In this document: in pieces, positions 13,343 through 26,974 of the stretch
Position numbering within the stretch: position 1 is the stretch's first letter
Layout of the letters: every line of letters starts with the position of its first letter
Assembly (NCBI RefSeq): GCF_006345805.1
Contig: NC_043005.1
Location: forward strand, 64,294,001-64,358,000
Direction: 5' to 3'
Source: Octopus sinensis
Lineage: Eukaryota
DNA: 64,000 nt
Notes under the pieces: model-generated
What the model was told of the DNA's origin: nothing
The model's input: the letters and a program-made list of their open reading frames with translations, nothing else
Databases searched by the model: none
Position numbers and translations under genes: made by a program

Positions 13343-13579
13343 CACGGAGGAAACTGGCGGAGGAAAAGTCTGATAGAAGATGCCCGATTCGAAACGGTTA
13401 CCAACGCTGAGTTTGAGCGTTCTGAAGAAAGGAGGTTGGGAGAATGCATATCAGAAGAGACTGAACAATTTAATGGTGAAGGAAAATCTCGCCTGGAAGT
13501 GGAAACTGCGCGTGTCTCTTTACTCGTGATTTTGAAAGAACAGATGACATCTCTAGCCGACATTATGAAGGTATTTGAG
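13343..13579 (+). CDS. TH: Tyrosine hydroxylase, first coding exon visible in the window (regulatory N-terminus and start of ACT domain)
   Basis: Acceptor tatttatAG at 13341-13342 and donor GAG|GTAAGT at 13580. 237 nt, phase 0-0, open throughout: HGGNWRRKSLIEDARFETVTNAEFERSEERR...RVSLLVILKEQMTSLADIMKVFE. RRxSLIEDAR matches the TH Ser40 PKA motif (human RRQSLIEDARKE, fly RRRSLVDDARFE, from memory). The exon ends at KVFE, as I recall the human TH exon does. Confidence 0.93.
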
Positions 13580-13703
13580 GTAAGTAACCACTTACAACTT
13601 AATCTATGTGCAGACGAATATATATATATATCACATACACGACGGATTCACACAGCATACACACGCGCGCACACACATAGAAATATACATATATATATGT
13701 GTA

Positions 13704-14003
13704 TATGGCCCAGTGGTTAGGGCAGTGGACTCGCGGTCGGAGGATCGCAGTTTCGATTCCCAGACCGGGCATTGTGTGTGTGTGTGTGTGTTTTGAACGA
13801 AAACACCTAAAAGCTCCACGAGGCTCCGGCAGGGGTGGTGGCGACCCCTGTTGTACTCTTTCGCCACAACTTTCTCCCACTCTCTCTTCCTGTTTCTTGA
13901 GTAACGTTGCGATGGACTGGAGTCCCGTCCGGCTGGGAGGAACACATACGCCACAGAAACCGGGAAACCGGGCCCATGAGCCTGGCTAGGCTTGAAAAGG
14001 GCG
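13704..14003 (+). mobile_element. SINE type A
   Basis: Head, body and tail as at 6328, with an internal (TG)n. Starts ~125 nt downstream of the TH donor at 13580. Confidence 0.88.
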
Positions 14004-14043
14004 ACAAAAAATATATATATACACACACACATATATACGCACT

Positions 14044-14075
<32 letters not shown>

Positions 14076-14084
14076 TGCATATAT

Positions 14085-14140
<56 letters not shown>

Positions 14141-14322
14141 ATTCGAAATGTTCTGTATAATATATCCACTACGACCAATCTTACTAATCGGTTTCACGCT
14201 AAGTATTCAACGAAGTGTTAGGTAACAATTCGATTATGCAACCCTGCGCTCATCAGCGGTGGCCGTTATGGAATATGTATATGCGCGCGCGTGTGTGTGT
14301 ATATCTTTCTTTTGCTACTGCA

Positions 14323-14466
14323 GCCTTGATAGGGCACCTTCTTGAAAAGTTTTAGACAAGTAAGTCGATCCCAAACTTATTTCATTAAGCCTGGCACGTA
14401 ATCTGTAGATCTTTTTAGCCGAATCACTAGGTTACAGAGATGTAGAGGCATCAACACCTGTCGTGG
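14323..14466 (-). mobile_element. Degenerate 3' fragment of SINE type C
   Basis: Diverged reverse-complement match to the C tail (gtcgatcccaaacttatt...aagcctggcacgta...gccgaatcactaggttac). Confidence 0.6.
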
Positions 14467-15366
14467 AAAAAATTACCAATATTCTTCAATGCTGATAATC
14501 GCCGACAAAATGTAGAAGATTACCAGCATTCTCAAGTGGATCTTGAAGTGCTGTACAGACTTTAGCTGCATGAAACTATTGGTTGTCTTGTTAATCCATA
14601 AGTAAAGAATAGCTGTATACAAAATGCAATGTTGAGCACTCATTTTCATTATTTGATGATATAGAGCATGTATGTGTGTATGTGTATACACACACACACA
14701 CACATTTATTTATACACGGTCGCCTCATAATCCATGAGTTAGAAAAACGGACCCTCCTATATTCGTGAACAGAGTGGGTGTATTACTATTTATAGAAGAA
14801 AATATAGACCCATTTTAGCACAGTTTGGCAATCGGTTTCGTACATGAGAGTTTGGGAAAAACTCAACGCTGGCATTTGTCGGAAGCACTGATAGGAAACG
14901 TAAAGTAACAGTTCACTTTTCCTTCCAGCCCCACTAACGATCTCCAGGATTCTTGTGTAGAAAACTAATTGATTAATTCAGAAACTATTCATAAACATGG
15001 ATTTAGATCAGTTCGAATTTCAAACATATTAGGGACAGAATTGACATGTAAAAAGACCGTTTGCACCGCCGCTTGCCTTGAGAAAAATTCTCGATTTAGT
15101 AAATGGGTATTAAAAATCCAAAAATCATTTCATGGCGGCTTCTAGCGGAACGGTGATTGCATTTCTAGGTTCTGGCCATCATCAGCATCGTGTAAGGCAT
15201 GATACACAGCTCTGAAATGACTGGAGAAACTTTTGCTTCCTAATAGAAAATCACTGTTTAAACATGAACTGATTGTGTCCGACACCAAGTTAGGAACAAA
15301 ATATTGTAGTAGGCATCTTTTCTCACTCGCAAACTGTAGTTTACCATTCAGAAAAGTTCTCTCTTT

Positions 15367-15740
15367 TAAGGCGGTGAGCTGGCAGAATCGTTAGCACGCC
15401 GGGCGAAATGCTTAGCAGTATTTCGTCTGCCGTTACGTTCTGAGTTCAAATTCCGGCGAAGTCGACTTTGCCTTTCATCTTTTCGGGGTGGATTAATTAA
15501 GAACCAGTTACGCACTGGGGTCGATATAATCGACTTAATCCGTTTGTCTGTCCTTTTTTGTCCTCTCTGTATTTAGCACCTTGTAGGCAGTAAAGAAATA
15601 GGTATTTCGTCTGCCGCTACGTTCTGGGTTCAAATTCCGCCAAGGTCGATTTTGGCCTTTCATCCTTTCGGGGTCGATATAATCGACTTAATTCGTTTGT
15701 CTGTCCTTGTTTGTCCCCTCTTGTGGTTAGTAAAGAAATA
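15367..15740 (+). mobile_element. SINE type D dimer with 17-bp target-site duplication
   Basis: AGAAAAGTTCTCTCTTT at 15350-15366 and at 15741-15757 brackets head-body-tail plus a second B-box-body-tail unit. Confidence 0.92.
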
Positions 15741-15823
15741 AGAAAAGTTCTCTCTTTACTCATTCCTGCTTAAACTGATCCAACTGTTTGTTTCCCCACA
15801 ACATTGCTTCCACATATTCATTA

Positions 15824-15858
<35 letters not shown>

Positions 15859-16881
15859 CTCATTTATATAGATAGATATAGTTATACAATAGACAGAGAG
15901 ATAGATATGTATGTATACACACACAACGCACCCACAAGATGTGTTTTAGTAATTGCGAAATATAAATCAAAAATCACGATACAGATACAATACTGCAAAA
16001 TACGCAAAGTAAACTATGAAACTTTACACGAGTTAACCATTGGAACATCTATTCCCTCTTTCAAGTGGCACTTTAACTACCAAGGTGTGTTGCAATACAG
16101 AAAGTAGCACAGAATGTGACAGCAGAGAGCTGTCGAGGACCCATGACATGGGTGCCGCCGGGCCACTTTAGTGAGTTAAGCGAAAAGGCCCGAAATATTT
16201 GCAATAGTGAGGGAGGCTCTTCTCTGAAGGCCTTTCCTTATGATTTTCTTTTACTGCCAAAGAATCTTGATTTTATAGGCGAGACCAATGAGGGATCGAA
16301 CCTACATAGCATCATGCCAACATTGTATAGTTCTCTTTTACTTGCAGTATTCGACTAATAGACCAATTTCTTTACGAAAGGGTGAGTATTTACAAAAGGT
16401 AAATAGCGAAGCAAGACAAAAAGAGAGGGAGGAGTTAATCTGTAAAGTATATTACCATCTTTGTTGTTCTCTTTCTTTCTTTATGTTTGTATAAGTATCC
16501 CGTGTTATAGTTACACACTTGATTTGCTAAAATTTATCGATTCTTCCTTGATAGTTCTCTATGTATTGTGACTATGTATGTACATGCATGTATACATATA
16601 TATATATACAATTATATATGTACGCATGTATGTATGTATATATGCATATACATAGATATACATATATATATACATAAAATATAAACGTATATATACACAG
16701 GCACACACATATATATATACATATATACAAGCATACATAATTGCGAAAACACATGCATATGTAAATACATACATACATACATACAAATATATAATTATAT
16801 ATATGTATGCATGTATATATGCATATACATAGATATACATAAAATATAAACGTATATATGCACAGGCACACACACACACAC

Positions 16882-16936
<55 letters not shown>

Positions 16937-17596
16937 ATATATATATATATACATATATACATGCAAATATGTTTGCGAAAGTACATACATACATACATAC
17001 ATACATACATACATACATACATACATACATACATACATACACATACATACACGTACATTGCGCGTGTACGCTTAATCCTTCCGATTTGTTCGAAATGGCG
17101 GAATGGTGCAGAGATATCTCTGAATACTTTTACACACAAAAGAAGATATTTTCCTTGTTTATTTATATCAATTTCTTAATTCTTTTTTTTCAATCGCATA
17201 GTGGTAGTTTCCATCAGTTCATCGTCAGAAACACCCACTTTCCAATGGAATTGTCTTGGAAAGCTTCTATTCTGCTATACAATATTGTATTTCTTCCACA
17301 ATGACATTCTTTGTTGGTTTACGTCTCATCCACCTCGATAACGAACACAACGTCATTGTTCCAACATTTGTAGATTCGAAGTTTTGTTTTCGTTTTTGAC
17401 TCCTTTCCTTGTTGCTCTTATTGTTTCGTTGTCTTAAGCGTTCATTTTCTTCTTAGTTGTTGCTATTTTTTCTTGTAGTTTTTTTCACGAACAAGTTGCT
17501 TGTATATGTTCAGAAGCAGCTGCTGCATAAACTATATATTGCTCGCAATTCACACACTCATAAACACGCACACGCACTCACATATATATGTGTATA

Positions 17597-17659
<63 letters not shown>

Positions 17660-18011
17660 TAGATAGATAGGTGTACATGCATCTGCACATGCGCATGCGC
17701 GCCTCAGTATGTATGTTTATGTATACGTGTGCGTCTAACATACATAATGGATGAGTATATATTTCACTGAACAATTCTATTTAATGCCAGCATTATATAT
17801 TAATAATAATAATAATATATATATATATATCTACGTGTGTCTTTGAGCGTAATCAGATTTGTTAACATACGTGCACTGATGAAAGGATATATACAGTCAC
17901 GCACACACAAACGCATACAGATGCACACATAAATGCACACACACAGAGAAACATGCTCACATACATAATACATACATACATAATACATACGTACATACAT
18001 ACATACATACA

Positions 18012-18043
<32 letters not shown>

Positions 18044-18055
18044 CATACATATACA

Positions 18056-18087
<32 letters not shown>

Positions 18088-19036
18088 CATACATATACAT
18101 ACATACATACATACATACATAGCATTTTGCAAAATTCATGTAGAAACCTTGCAGAATGCGAGGTTCATCTACAGTTATTGGTCACCGGCTGTCATCATAC
18201 AGCCGGCGTGTTCCTTCTGCTGGATATACATCAGGAATTCAATAGTATCCATTGAGTTTATAAAAAAAGAAGAATAACAGGAAATGGATTGAACGTCATT
18301 CTTTATTTCGAAACACTACATATCATTAGACTTGTTGTACATTGGTGACATGATATAATTAATATATTGTGTATTCAGTGTCATGCATACTGTCGTTTCA
18401 TTTGAGTGTGGGAATGAGCGTGAAATGACAGTATGACCTAACGAAAGGCTTATTTAAAATAATCACATCAAAAGACACTTCTTTCATCTTTGATGGATGA
18501 TAGTGATTACAACATACGTTAATTATATCACCTCGTTAATATACTGCCGGTGTAACGATGAGGGGAAACAATTGTAGTGTTTTTAAATGAATAATATCAT
18601 TCAATCCATAATATAATAGATAATAATAGATCTCTGAACGAGGTATAAACAGTAGCTGCACGACAATGTGAAGTATATTTGCCACTTAAATTTAGCTAAC
18701 CACTAAGGTTGGATGCTACTGTAGCTTGTAGCGAATGGAGAACATCTTCTTCAGCTGGCTATTGACACACTTTCTGTGCCCTATCAGTATTTGCAAAGGG
18801 AAGTCATCCTTCCCATCGTCGACCTGACGTGATACGCACGGACCTGGGTTTCTGAGTATTTACCCGTCGTCAGCGCACGACAGTCACCGGTCTTCGATGC
18901 GAAGGGGTCCCAATGCAAATACATATATCCTTTTTCCAGTGACGAAAAGTCACTGATCTCGAAAAAGTGTAAACAAGCAATAATAATTGTCGTTCAATCC
19001 ATTTTCTATAAATCATATCTCGCTCTCTCTCTCTCG

Positions 19037-19180
19037 ACGTGGTTGTGGGGTAAGAAGCTTGTTTCCCAATCACATTGTTTCGGTTTCAGTTCCACTGTGT
19101 GGCACCTTGGGCAAGTGTCTTCTACTATAACCTCGGACCGACTAAAGCCTTGTCAGTGGATTTGGTAGACGAAAGAACTG
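19037..19180 (+). mobile_element. 5' half of SINE type C abutting a LINE fragment
   Basis: gttgtggggtaagaagcttg...gcaccttgggcaagtgtcttctactata...gatttggtagacg. Confidence 0.8.
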
Positions 19181-20175
19181 ATGAACATGGATACGAAGAC
19201 ATGAAGAATATTGACAGTGCACAGAGCCTATGATGGTATGCACATAGCTCAGGATGGTATGTAAAAATACCGTGGAACCATTGTTGAAACACGTGAAGAT
19301 GTCTGGCGTCATTAAATCTGATAATTGTGTTAAGAAAAAAACTTAGAGAGAAAAAGAACACACAAAAAGAAGAAACAGCATGGAGAGACAAAAAGATGTA
19401 CTGTCAGATACCAACGCCAAGACAGATTCAGGAGACTGGTGGCTATGGATGTCGAGGTGTGACCTGAAAATCAAGACAGAAGCACGTGTATGCGCAGCTC
19501 AAGAACAAGCGCTAAGGAAGTGCAGAATCGATAACACTACCGACAGCGACAATTGCAGAATATGTGGTGAGAGGGATGAAACGGTATAGCACATCATTAG
19601 CGAATCCCTGAAATTGGCACAACGAGAATATAAAAGACGCCATGACAATGTACCAAGAAGGATCCATTGGGAACTCTGTGGAAATCACGGCCTACAAAGA
19701 GCAATGACATGATATGAGAAAACCTCAGAAGGAGTCACCGAGAATGAAAATTGCAAATTTCTGTAGAATGCAATGATTTAGTGTGATCACCTGAGCAGAC
19801 ATCGGAAACCGGACATTGTTGTGGTGAAAAAAAAATCAGAAAGAACATAACATGTCCGGTGACAACAGGATCAAAGAGAAGGAAGAAGAAAAACTGGACA
19901 ACTACGATGATTTGTAATGTAAAATACGAAGGCTGTGGCTAACAAGGAGAGTAGACGTGGCGCACTTGGAAGTATCAGCACTCAACTACCAACATGGCTC
20001 AAAAAGATTGGTGCAAATGTAAAGGTAGGACACCTGCAAAAATCAGCATTGCTCGGAACTGCAAGAATTCTTCGCAGGCTTCTTGAAGCATTACCAGTAA
20101 ACAAGTGTCACCTTAGTCTGCTGGCTGTGGACAGCTGGCACTTACCCTCATACTAAGCAAAATAAGCTGAATGAT
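19181..20175 (+). mobile_element. 5'-truncated, disrupted R4/Dong-like non-LTR retrotransposon (restriction-like endonuclease type)
   Basis: Fragments WWLWMSRCDLKIKTEARVCAAQEQAL, the CCHC knuckle CRICGERDETV*HII, KRRHDNV, RHRKPDIVVV and GALGSISTQLPTWLKKIG...LQKSALLGTARILRR. Several stops and frameshifts; ends in ataataa. Confidence 0.85.
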
Positions 20176-20585
20176 AATAATTTTTTCTTTATTGACCACA
20201 GGAGCTGAATACAAAACAAATAAGGACAATACAAAACAGGGGATGAGTGGGGCTTAGCACAAAATTATGTGTATTCAATAAAAAATAATAACAATTAACA
20301 ACAATAATTAGGCAATAAACTTCTCCCTAAAGGGAATTCCACCAAGGGCCAACGAAAGAACCCCAAACATCCTGGTCTCCCCGACCGCCAAGAGCGCCTC
20401 AATTGATGAATGTACTACTTTTTAGGGATAGTAATAGTGCAATCAGCTTGAATGAAATAATTTCTTGTTAAATGTAGTCAACGTGAGCGGATACTCGGAA
20501 TTTCTCATTCTTGATCCTCATGGAGTTGATTTATTTGATAAGCTTTCTTATGCACTTACCAATTGGTTCTTTCTGGTTTACGCTG

Positions 20586-20589
<4 letters not shown>

Positions 20590-20644
<55 letters not shown>

Positions 20645-20690
20645 CAGCAGCAGCAGCAGTTGTTGTTGTTTTGTTGTTGTTTTTGCTGTT
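20590..20690. repeat. (TAG)n(CAG)n(TTG)n compound trinucleotide array
   Basis: Seen directly. A related (TAG)n(CAG)n(TAG)n(TGG)n array lies at 21295-21430. Confidence 0.9.
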
Positions 20691-20952
20691 ATGGCACAAA
20701 GTAAGCGGTTGGGAATCTAAGTTGAGGTTTATGAATTTAGCATATGTCAACGCGCTGGAAATTGATAAAAGCAATGTACTGTAATCTGTGTAGTACAAGA
20801 AGACTGTTGAAAATGTTTATAAATAGCAAAGTTGCAATTAAAAAATATAAAGTTATGGAAAAAAAATACATGGTAAATAGACAGATTTCTAGATAGATCG
20901 ATAGATAGACAGATAGACATTTGTGCGTGCGTGCATGCGTGCATGCGTGTGT

Positions 20953-20987
<35 letters not shown>

Positions 20988-21303
20988 AAAGCATGAACAG
21001 GTAGGCAGACATTCACGGATGTAAAAGGAATACGCCCCTCCTGTCTTTCCCCGAGTAGTTTATACTTTTTTGTTATTTTTCATATATTGATATATATATT
21101 TCTTCGTTATTATTTTTGTGCTAAAATACTAAAATTATGTATTTTTACTCAATGCTAATTTTTTTTTTAATGTTGTTGCTTTTAACCTTTATATTCTTTC
21201 ATCTATCTCCACTCATCCTGAGCAATTTTCTACTTCGACATATGCTAAATTCCTAAACGGCAACTTAAGCTACCTTAAAAACTGAACAATTTTAGTAGTA
21301 GTC

Positions 21304-21400
<97 letters not shown>

Positions 21401-22359
21401 TAGTAGTTATGGTGGTGGTGGTGGTGGTGGTTTAGTAGTAGAAGCAGCAGTAGTTGCTGCTAACCCTACTACTACAGTTGCTGCTACTACAACTGCTACC
21501 GCCACTGCTGCTGCCACTACCATTGATGTTGTTGCTATTACTGCTACTGTTGCTGTTACTAATGCTCTAGGCACATGCATGCACGTATATTCCATCTACC
21601 TACATATATAACAGGTAGCAAAAACAATCTAGCATGAAATGAAATATGAAATTACTTTATGCAATCAGCTTGAATGAAATAATTTCTTGTTAAGTGTAGT
21701 CTACGTGAGTGGATACTCGGAGTTTCTCATTATTGATCCTCATGGGGTTGATTTATTTTATAAGCTTTCCTATACACTTACCAATTGTGTTCTTTCTGGA
21801 TTACGCTCAGAATAATTTAGTCGGAATAATAAATTCCCAAAATGGAAATACAAGTTTTAGGATTTGCAAAAGTTTATATAAATTTCTACAGTAACAGTTG
21901 TGCGATCAAAACGCTTCTCAAAAGAAAGGTTTCTTTCAAACCTCATTTAAACATAGCCCCTTGTCTTGTTTAGATCTATAAATGAACAAAATTGTGTATA
22001 ATGAGTAAAAAGATATTTTGCTAACGGTATTTTCTATAAAATTATTCTGTCTCTGGTTGTGGTTTATCATCCTGGATTTAAATTATCTTGTAATTGTCCG
22101 TATTCAATTTTATTTATCTTTGGGTGAATGTTTATTGCTGCTTAATTTGTCGATGAAGCTCTTCATTTCGACACCAATGGTTTCGTTGAACAGTTTGGAG
22201 GTATTTATTATTATTAGCTTAGAGTTAGCTTTTCTAGATACAGCTTCAAAGCAGCTTGGTTTATGGTTTGTATTTTATGCGGCCATATTGTGTTAGTGTG
22301 TGTATGTAATGTGACACACAAATACACGCATGTTTTTCTTTCGGTTCTTTGAAACGTAA

Positions 22360-23350
22360 TTTTTTTTAACAGATACTCACATCTTTACACAGTTCTTTGA
22401 ATTTTCATTGAATCTTGAAAAGTCATTTGTGCTGCAGGGGTTGAGTTGTAGATGGCAAACAAAGTAGTGCTCCATGGTATGGCCTACATCTCCACATTCA
22501 CAAGTGGTTAGGCCGGTGTAGCTCCATATAACAAAAGCAACTTTTTATCGTCCCATTCTCGTTCGCAGACGATTGGGTGTCTTCCACCGAATCCATGATG
22601 CTTCTGAACCGGGAAGAAAGTCTTCAGTAAGGTAGGGGGTTTCGATATCAATTGGAGGAGGGTCATCCGCAAGCTTTTCTATCCATATCTGGAGTCTGGA
22701 TGTTGTTGTTAGCGAGGCTGGATATGGTTGGGGAAGTTTCTTCGGTCGCTAGGTCGGGGTTTTACGTTCATATAAGAGGTGGGATTCATCACCAGTAGCC
22801 TTTGTCTCCTCGAATTAACTGGACCTTTCCTACCTGATATCAGCAGGGATAGTGCCAAGGAAGAGGTGCAAGTCATTCGTGTTGGTGGGTTTTATGTAAC
22901 CAATGATCAACTTTGGATCGAATTTCTTCGCATGAGTTGATCTCTCCCAGACAGAAGATGCATACACCGCAGAAAAATAGCACAAGGCCAGTACAGTGTA
23001 TGTTGTGGTTTCCTATTTGTGATTACCGGTTTTCGTAGGATGTTACTCCGGGAACCAAATTTTAATTCAGTGTTTTTGATGTGATCCTTAAAAGGGAGAG
23101 TATGGTTCGAGGTAACTTCAATGACCACGGTGTGTTACATAGCTTCAAGTTATTTGATGTGAAGAGGTCGGCTGGCTTCACGATTCCTGAGAAGGAACGT
23201 GGAGATATGTCTTCGCAAAGTTGACGTGTAGGCGTTTACATTCGTAACAGAGGAAATCATCTAGCACTGAGATGAGGTTTGCTGCTGATACTTGAAACAG
23301 ACTCTCAAGGGATATTACACAGTCGTCAGGGTAGATGAACTGCTCAGTTT
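22360..23350 (-). mobile_element. 3' ~1 kb of an I-group (Ingi/Vingi-like) LINE, disrupted
   Basis: The - strand gives TLPFKDHIKNTELKFGSRSNILRK (post-RT region) and the C-terminal zinc knuckle TTCECGDVGHTMEHYFVCHLQLNPCSTNDF. Clade assigned from memory of these motifs. Confidence 0.72.
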
Positions 23351-23749
23351 TCTGGTCACGATAATCTCCAGCAATTTAGAGAAAAGGGATGAATTGATAT
23401 GGCTATTGATGTTTATGTAAAGTCAGGTTAATTTGTTTTATTTCTGATTGTATTTTTGCGTTATGTGTATCTTGCAACTTTTCTTCTACATTTAGTAAAA
23501 TCAATAGAAAGAGAAAAGAGTGTACTTGCCGTGAGAAGTGAAAAATCCAACGTTTCGGACAGAGCACATCATCAAGATAAGTTGAAAGGACTGAAATTAA
23601 TGACAGACTGAAGTGTTTTATGTGTTCTAAGTTAGAGAGAACTGACAATTTCCCTGTATGCTTTTAATGGATTTTGCTGTATAATATATTTCTTGCAGAA
23701 GCAGACCAAAGCCACCCTCTCTGGTCTTTTTTTCATATACATACATACA

Positions 23750-23782
<33 letters not shown>

Positions 23783-26637
23783 GTACATATATGTATGTAT
23801 GTATGTTGCCCAACGTGCTGATGATTCTGTCAGCTCGCCGCCTTATCGTTCCAAACTAGATATTAATGACTGATACAGACTTATGAAAAATACTTAATAG
23901 AAATAATTATATAGCAATGCAAATATGTCACTAAAACACAGACACGCATTCACTCACACACACACACACACACACACACATGCAAATAGTACTTTTTAGA
24001 AGTGATTACTTCAGTACTATCTCGATGGTTTAAAGTTTTATGTATATAGATATAATGTGGTTTTGTATACTTAATAATCAAATAAACCGATGTCAGAGGA
24101 TTCTATAGATAGGCGTTCTCTTGTGACAAAGCTGGGCCCTTTAATTTGCAACCACAGTCTATCCGACGAGCTTCTGAATGGTTTTCGTTTACCCTGTTAT
24201 CTTTACATGACTTGGGTCCCCTATAGGCTATCGTAAAAAGCGTGTCTAAGATGCCACACAATGAAATCGAACCCTAAACGTCGTGATTGCAAGATATAGC
24301 CCTCAATAGAAATAGTTTATTGAGAAATTTTAAATTAAACAGAGATTACCAAAAGCCAAACAGGTAGGCCACCCAATCAAGACAAAAAATAACAACTTTC
24401 AACCAATAGAGACGCAATGAACCTGCCAATCAGCCGAACAAAAAACCCACCTGACATCATTACATGTAAATGAATAACTGATGTTTGAAACGAACCGGCA
24501 GACAAATTGGCATACGACCATTCATAGGCATACACCAGCTTCTGACCCATAGGCCCACAGTTTTCCCCCTTTGCACCTTTTCTACCGATATTTTAATGAC
24601 TTTTTTCCTCAGATCTGACTAGCTTATATCACCTCCATTCAGGCACTCCTGCTCTACTTATCTTCCTATCTCCCATCCTCATTATTGTCTCCAATTCCTT
24701 GGCATCCTCATTAAACATTACGCTCATTTTTACCTTCCCAGAACATCACCTGAAATTCCCTCTCTACTCGTATCCTGTAGTCGTTGAGTTAAAAAGATTC
24801 AAGATGAATTCAATAGCATCACCCTGTTTGGTCTTGTGGGTTACAAGAACTTCTCCGTCCTCTAGTCACAACTAAAATATATTCTCATAATCTTTTCATG
24901 TTCTTACTATATTCCGGAAATGTCAGTCGTACTCCGTCGAATTCGACGATGCGCATTCAAATGTTTGATAACTGAACTGCCTTTTCATTGACTTAACGTT
25001 TAAATTATTGTGTATTTCACATACATATGTAATCTTAACGTAATTCTGAAGCAGAATCAGTGTGTCGAAGTGAGACAGGGCTAAACCATTACGCTCATCT
25101 GATGGGCTTCCATACGTACTTCGTTCCACTTTTCCCCTCACATTTCTTGAGTCGACATGAGGCTTTGATAACAGACACTTGGTCAAGGCATCACGTAGTG
25201 GAACCAAAGTGGGATCACGTGAATGAGAAGCGAACTTGTTAATCATTTGGTCATATTGTTTCCACGTCATACATACGAGCACTCTAAGATCTTACACTCA
25301 GCGCTGATTAGAGAAGGCTATCGGTCATTTTATTTAGTAAGAGGACCCGGCACTATGTAAGCACTACTTCAATTACTAAAAATACAATTCTGTATTATAA
25401 TTGTTAGTTGAGTATGTATGTATAACAGTAAGTTGCTTAATAGATATATCAATTGTCTTCCACCATTCACTTACTTTTGTGATCTTTGATGATATTATAA
25501 TAGGCTTAAAGTATACTAACCACCAAGGGACATTCCAGTGTATACTTACACTTACACATATGTACAAACACATGCGCTCGCACACAAACACACACATACT
25601 TACACACACAAGCTATTATAGAAGCATATAATCTTACATACTTGTACAACTCACATACATATGCATCCATGCGTAAAAAGTGCACTCAAAAGCCTATATA
25701 CTGTAACATAGAAGCTTAAAAGTACTCTAGAATGAGGTATATTTGCTTGCATTCAAATACATTCACACATTCACGAACATACAGCTGTATCTGTGTGGAT
25801 GTGTATAATCTAAGTGCGCGTTTGAGTGCTTAAATGTGCGTATGTCTGTGCGCGTGTGTGTGTGTATGTGTGTGTGTGTGTTCCCGTGCGTGTTTCTGTG
25901 TGTATGTTTGTGTATAAATTCCTGTACTTTATTTATTTACAATAGTCTCCTCGTATCATGCCAGTCGGTAATATTTCAGTAGATTAAAAGTTTTCTGGTT
26001 GTGTTAAGGTGAGGGGTGGAGGAACAAAGGATTTGAAAAGTGGAAAAAGAAAGAAAACAATCATAAAATAAAGACTTTTTTATGGCAATTGATTAAAAAC
26101 CAAAACAAAAGGCTGAAATGTACTGCAACCGAAAGAAGTCAGATGAATAAAGAAAGAGCGAAATGAATTTCGATGTCCATGTCATCATTTTAATTATGTC
26201 GCTAGTCAATGATGTCTTGTCTTGGTTACCTTGACTAGTCATCGATAATCGATATACAATTTTCCATTGCTATAGAAGTAATCGGTGTATCTAACTGTTG
26301 AATACGGAACACAAGTGATTTTTTTCCTCGACTGCTAGGAGAAATGTAGAGTTAGTAAATGGGATGAGGATGTGAGAGAAAATGCTTTAGCGATAAACAT
26401 TTTGCTGAAATACATTCTTTGTTTAAAAAGTACCAGATAAATAAATTCTAACTTACTTTTGTATTACCCTCGGAACATTAACGTCTGTCTGTTTCTGAAC
26501 ACATGTATTGTTCTTTTAGTTCTTTCGATATTCAGAACCATTCTATGTTCTGTCAATACCATAATATCATGTACTCTAGCTTGATTTCTGTATTGTTTAC
26601 GACATTTATTGTTTGTATAGCTTAGTTATAGTAAGTT

Positions 26638-26880
26638 GTGTGGAGGCGCAATGGCCCAGTGGTTAGGGCAGCGGACTCGCAGCCGGAGGATCGCGGTTTC
26701 GATTCCCAGACCGGGCGTTGTGTGTGTTTATTGAGCGAAAACACATAAAAGCGCCACTAGGCTCTGACAGGGGGTGGTGGTGAGCCCTGTTGTACTCTTT
26801 CGCCACAACTTTCTCTCACTCTCTCTTCCACAGAAACCAGGAAACTGGGCCCATGAGCCTGGCTAGGCTTGAAAAGGGCG
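26638..26880 (+). mobile_element. SINE type A with internal deletion in the tail
   Basis: TGTGGAGGCGCAATGGCCCAGTGGTTAGGGCAGCGGACTCGC head; tail ends GCTTGAAAAGGGCG. Confidence 0.88.
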
Positions 26881-26974
26881 GAAAGAGGAAAAGAGAGTTT
26901 TAGTAAGGTGCGTGGGTTTATGGTTGATCTCTAAGTGATCCGCTGCATACAGCTCTACACTGATTTTAGCTGGC

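Noticed and set aside
13380-13529. 49-aa out-of-frame ORF (MPDSKRLPTL...) inside the TH exon
   Set aside because: This length is expected by chance in a coding exon's alternative frame, and the TH frame fully explains the sequence.
14715-15345. Complex-sequence block that might be a DNA transposon relic
   Set aside because: I could not identify terminal inverted repeats or a transposase motif by eye.
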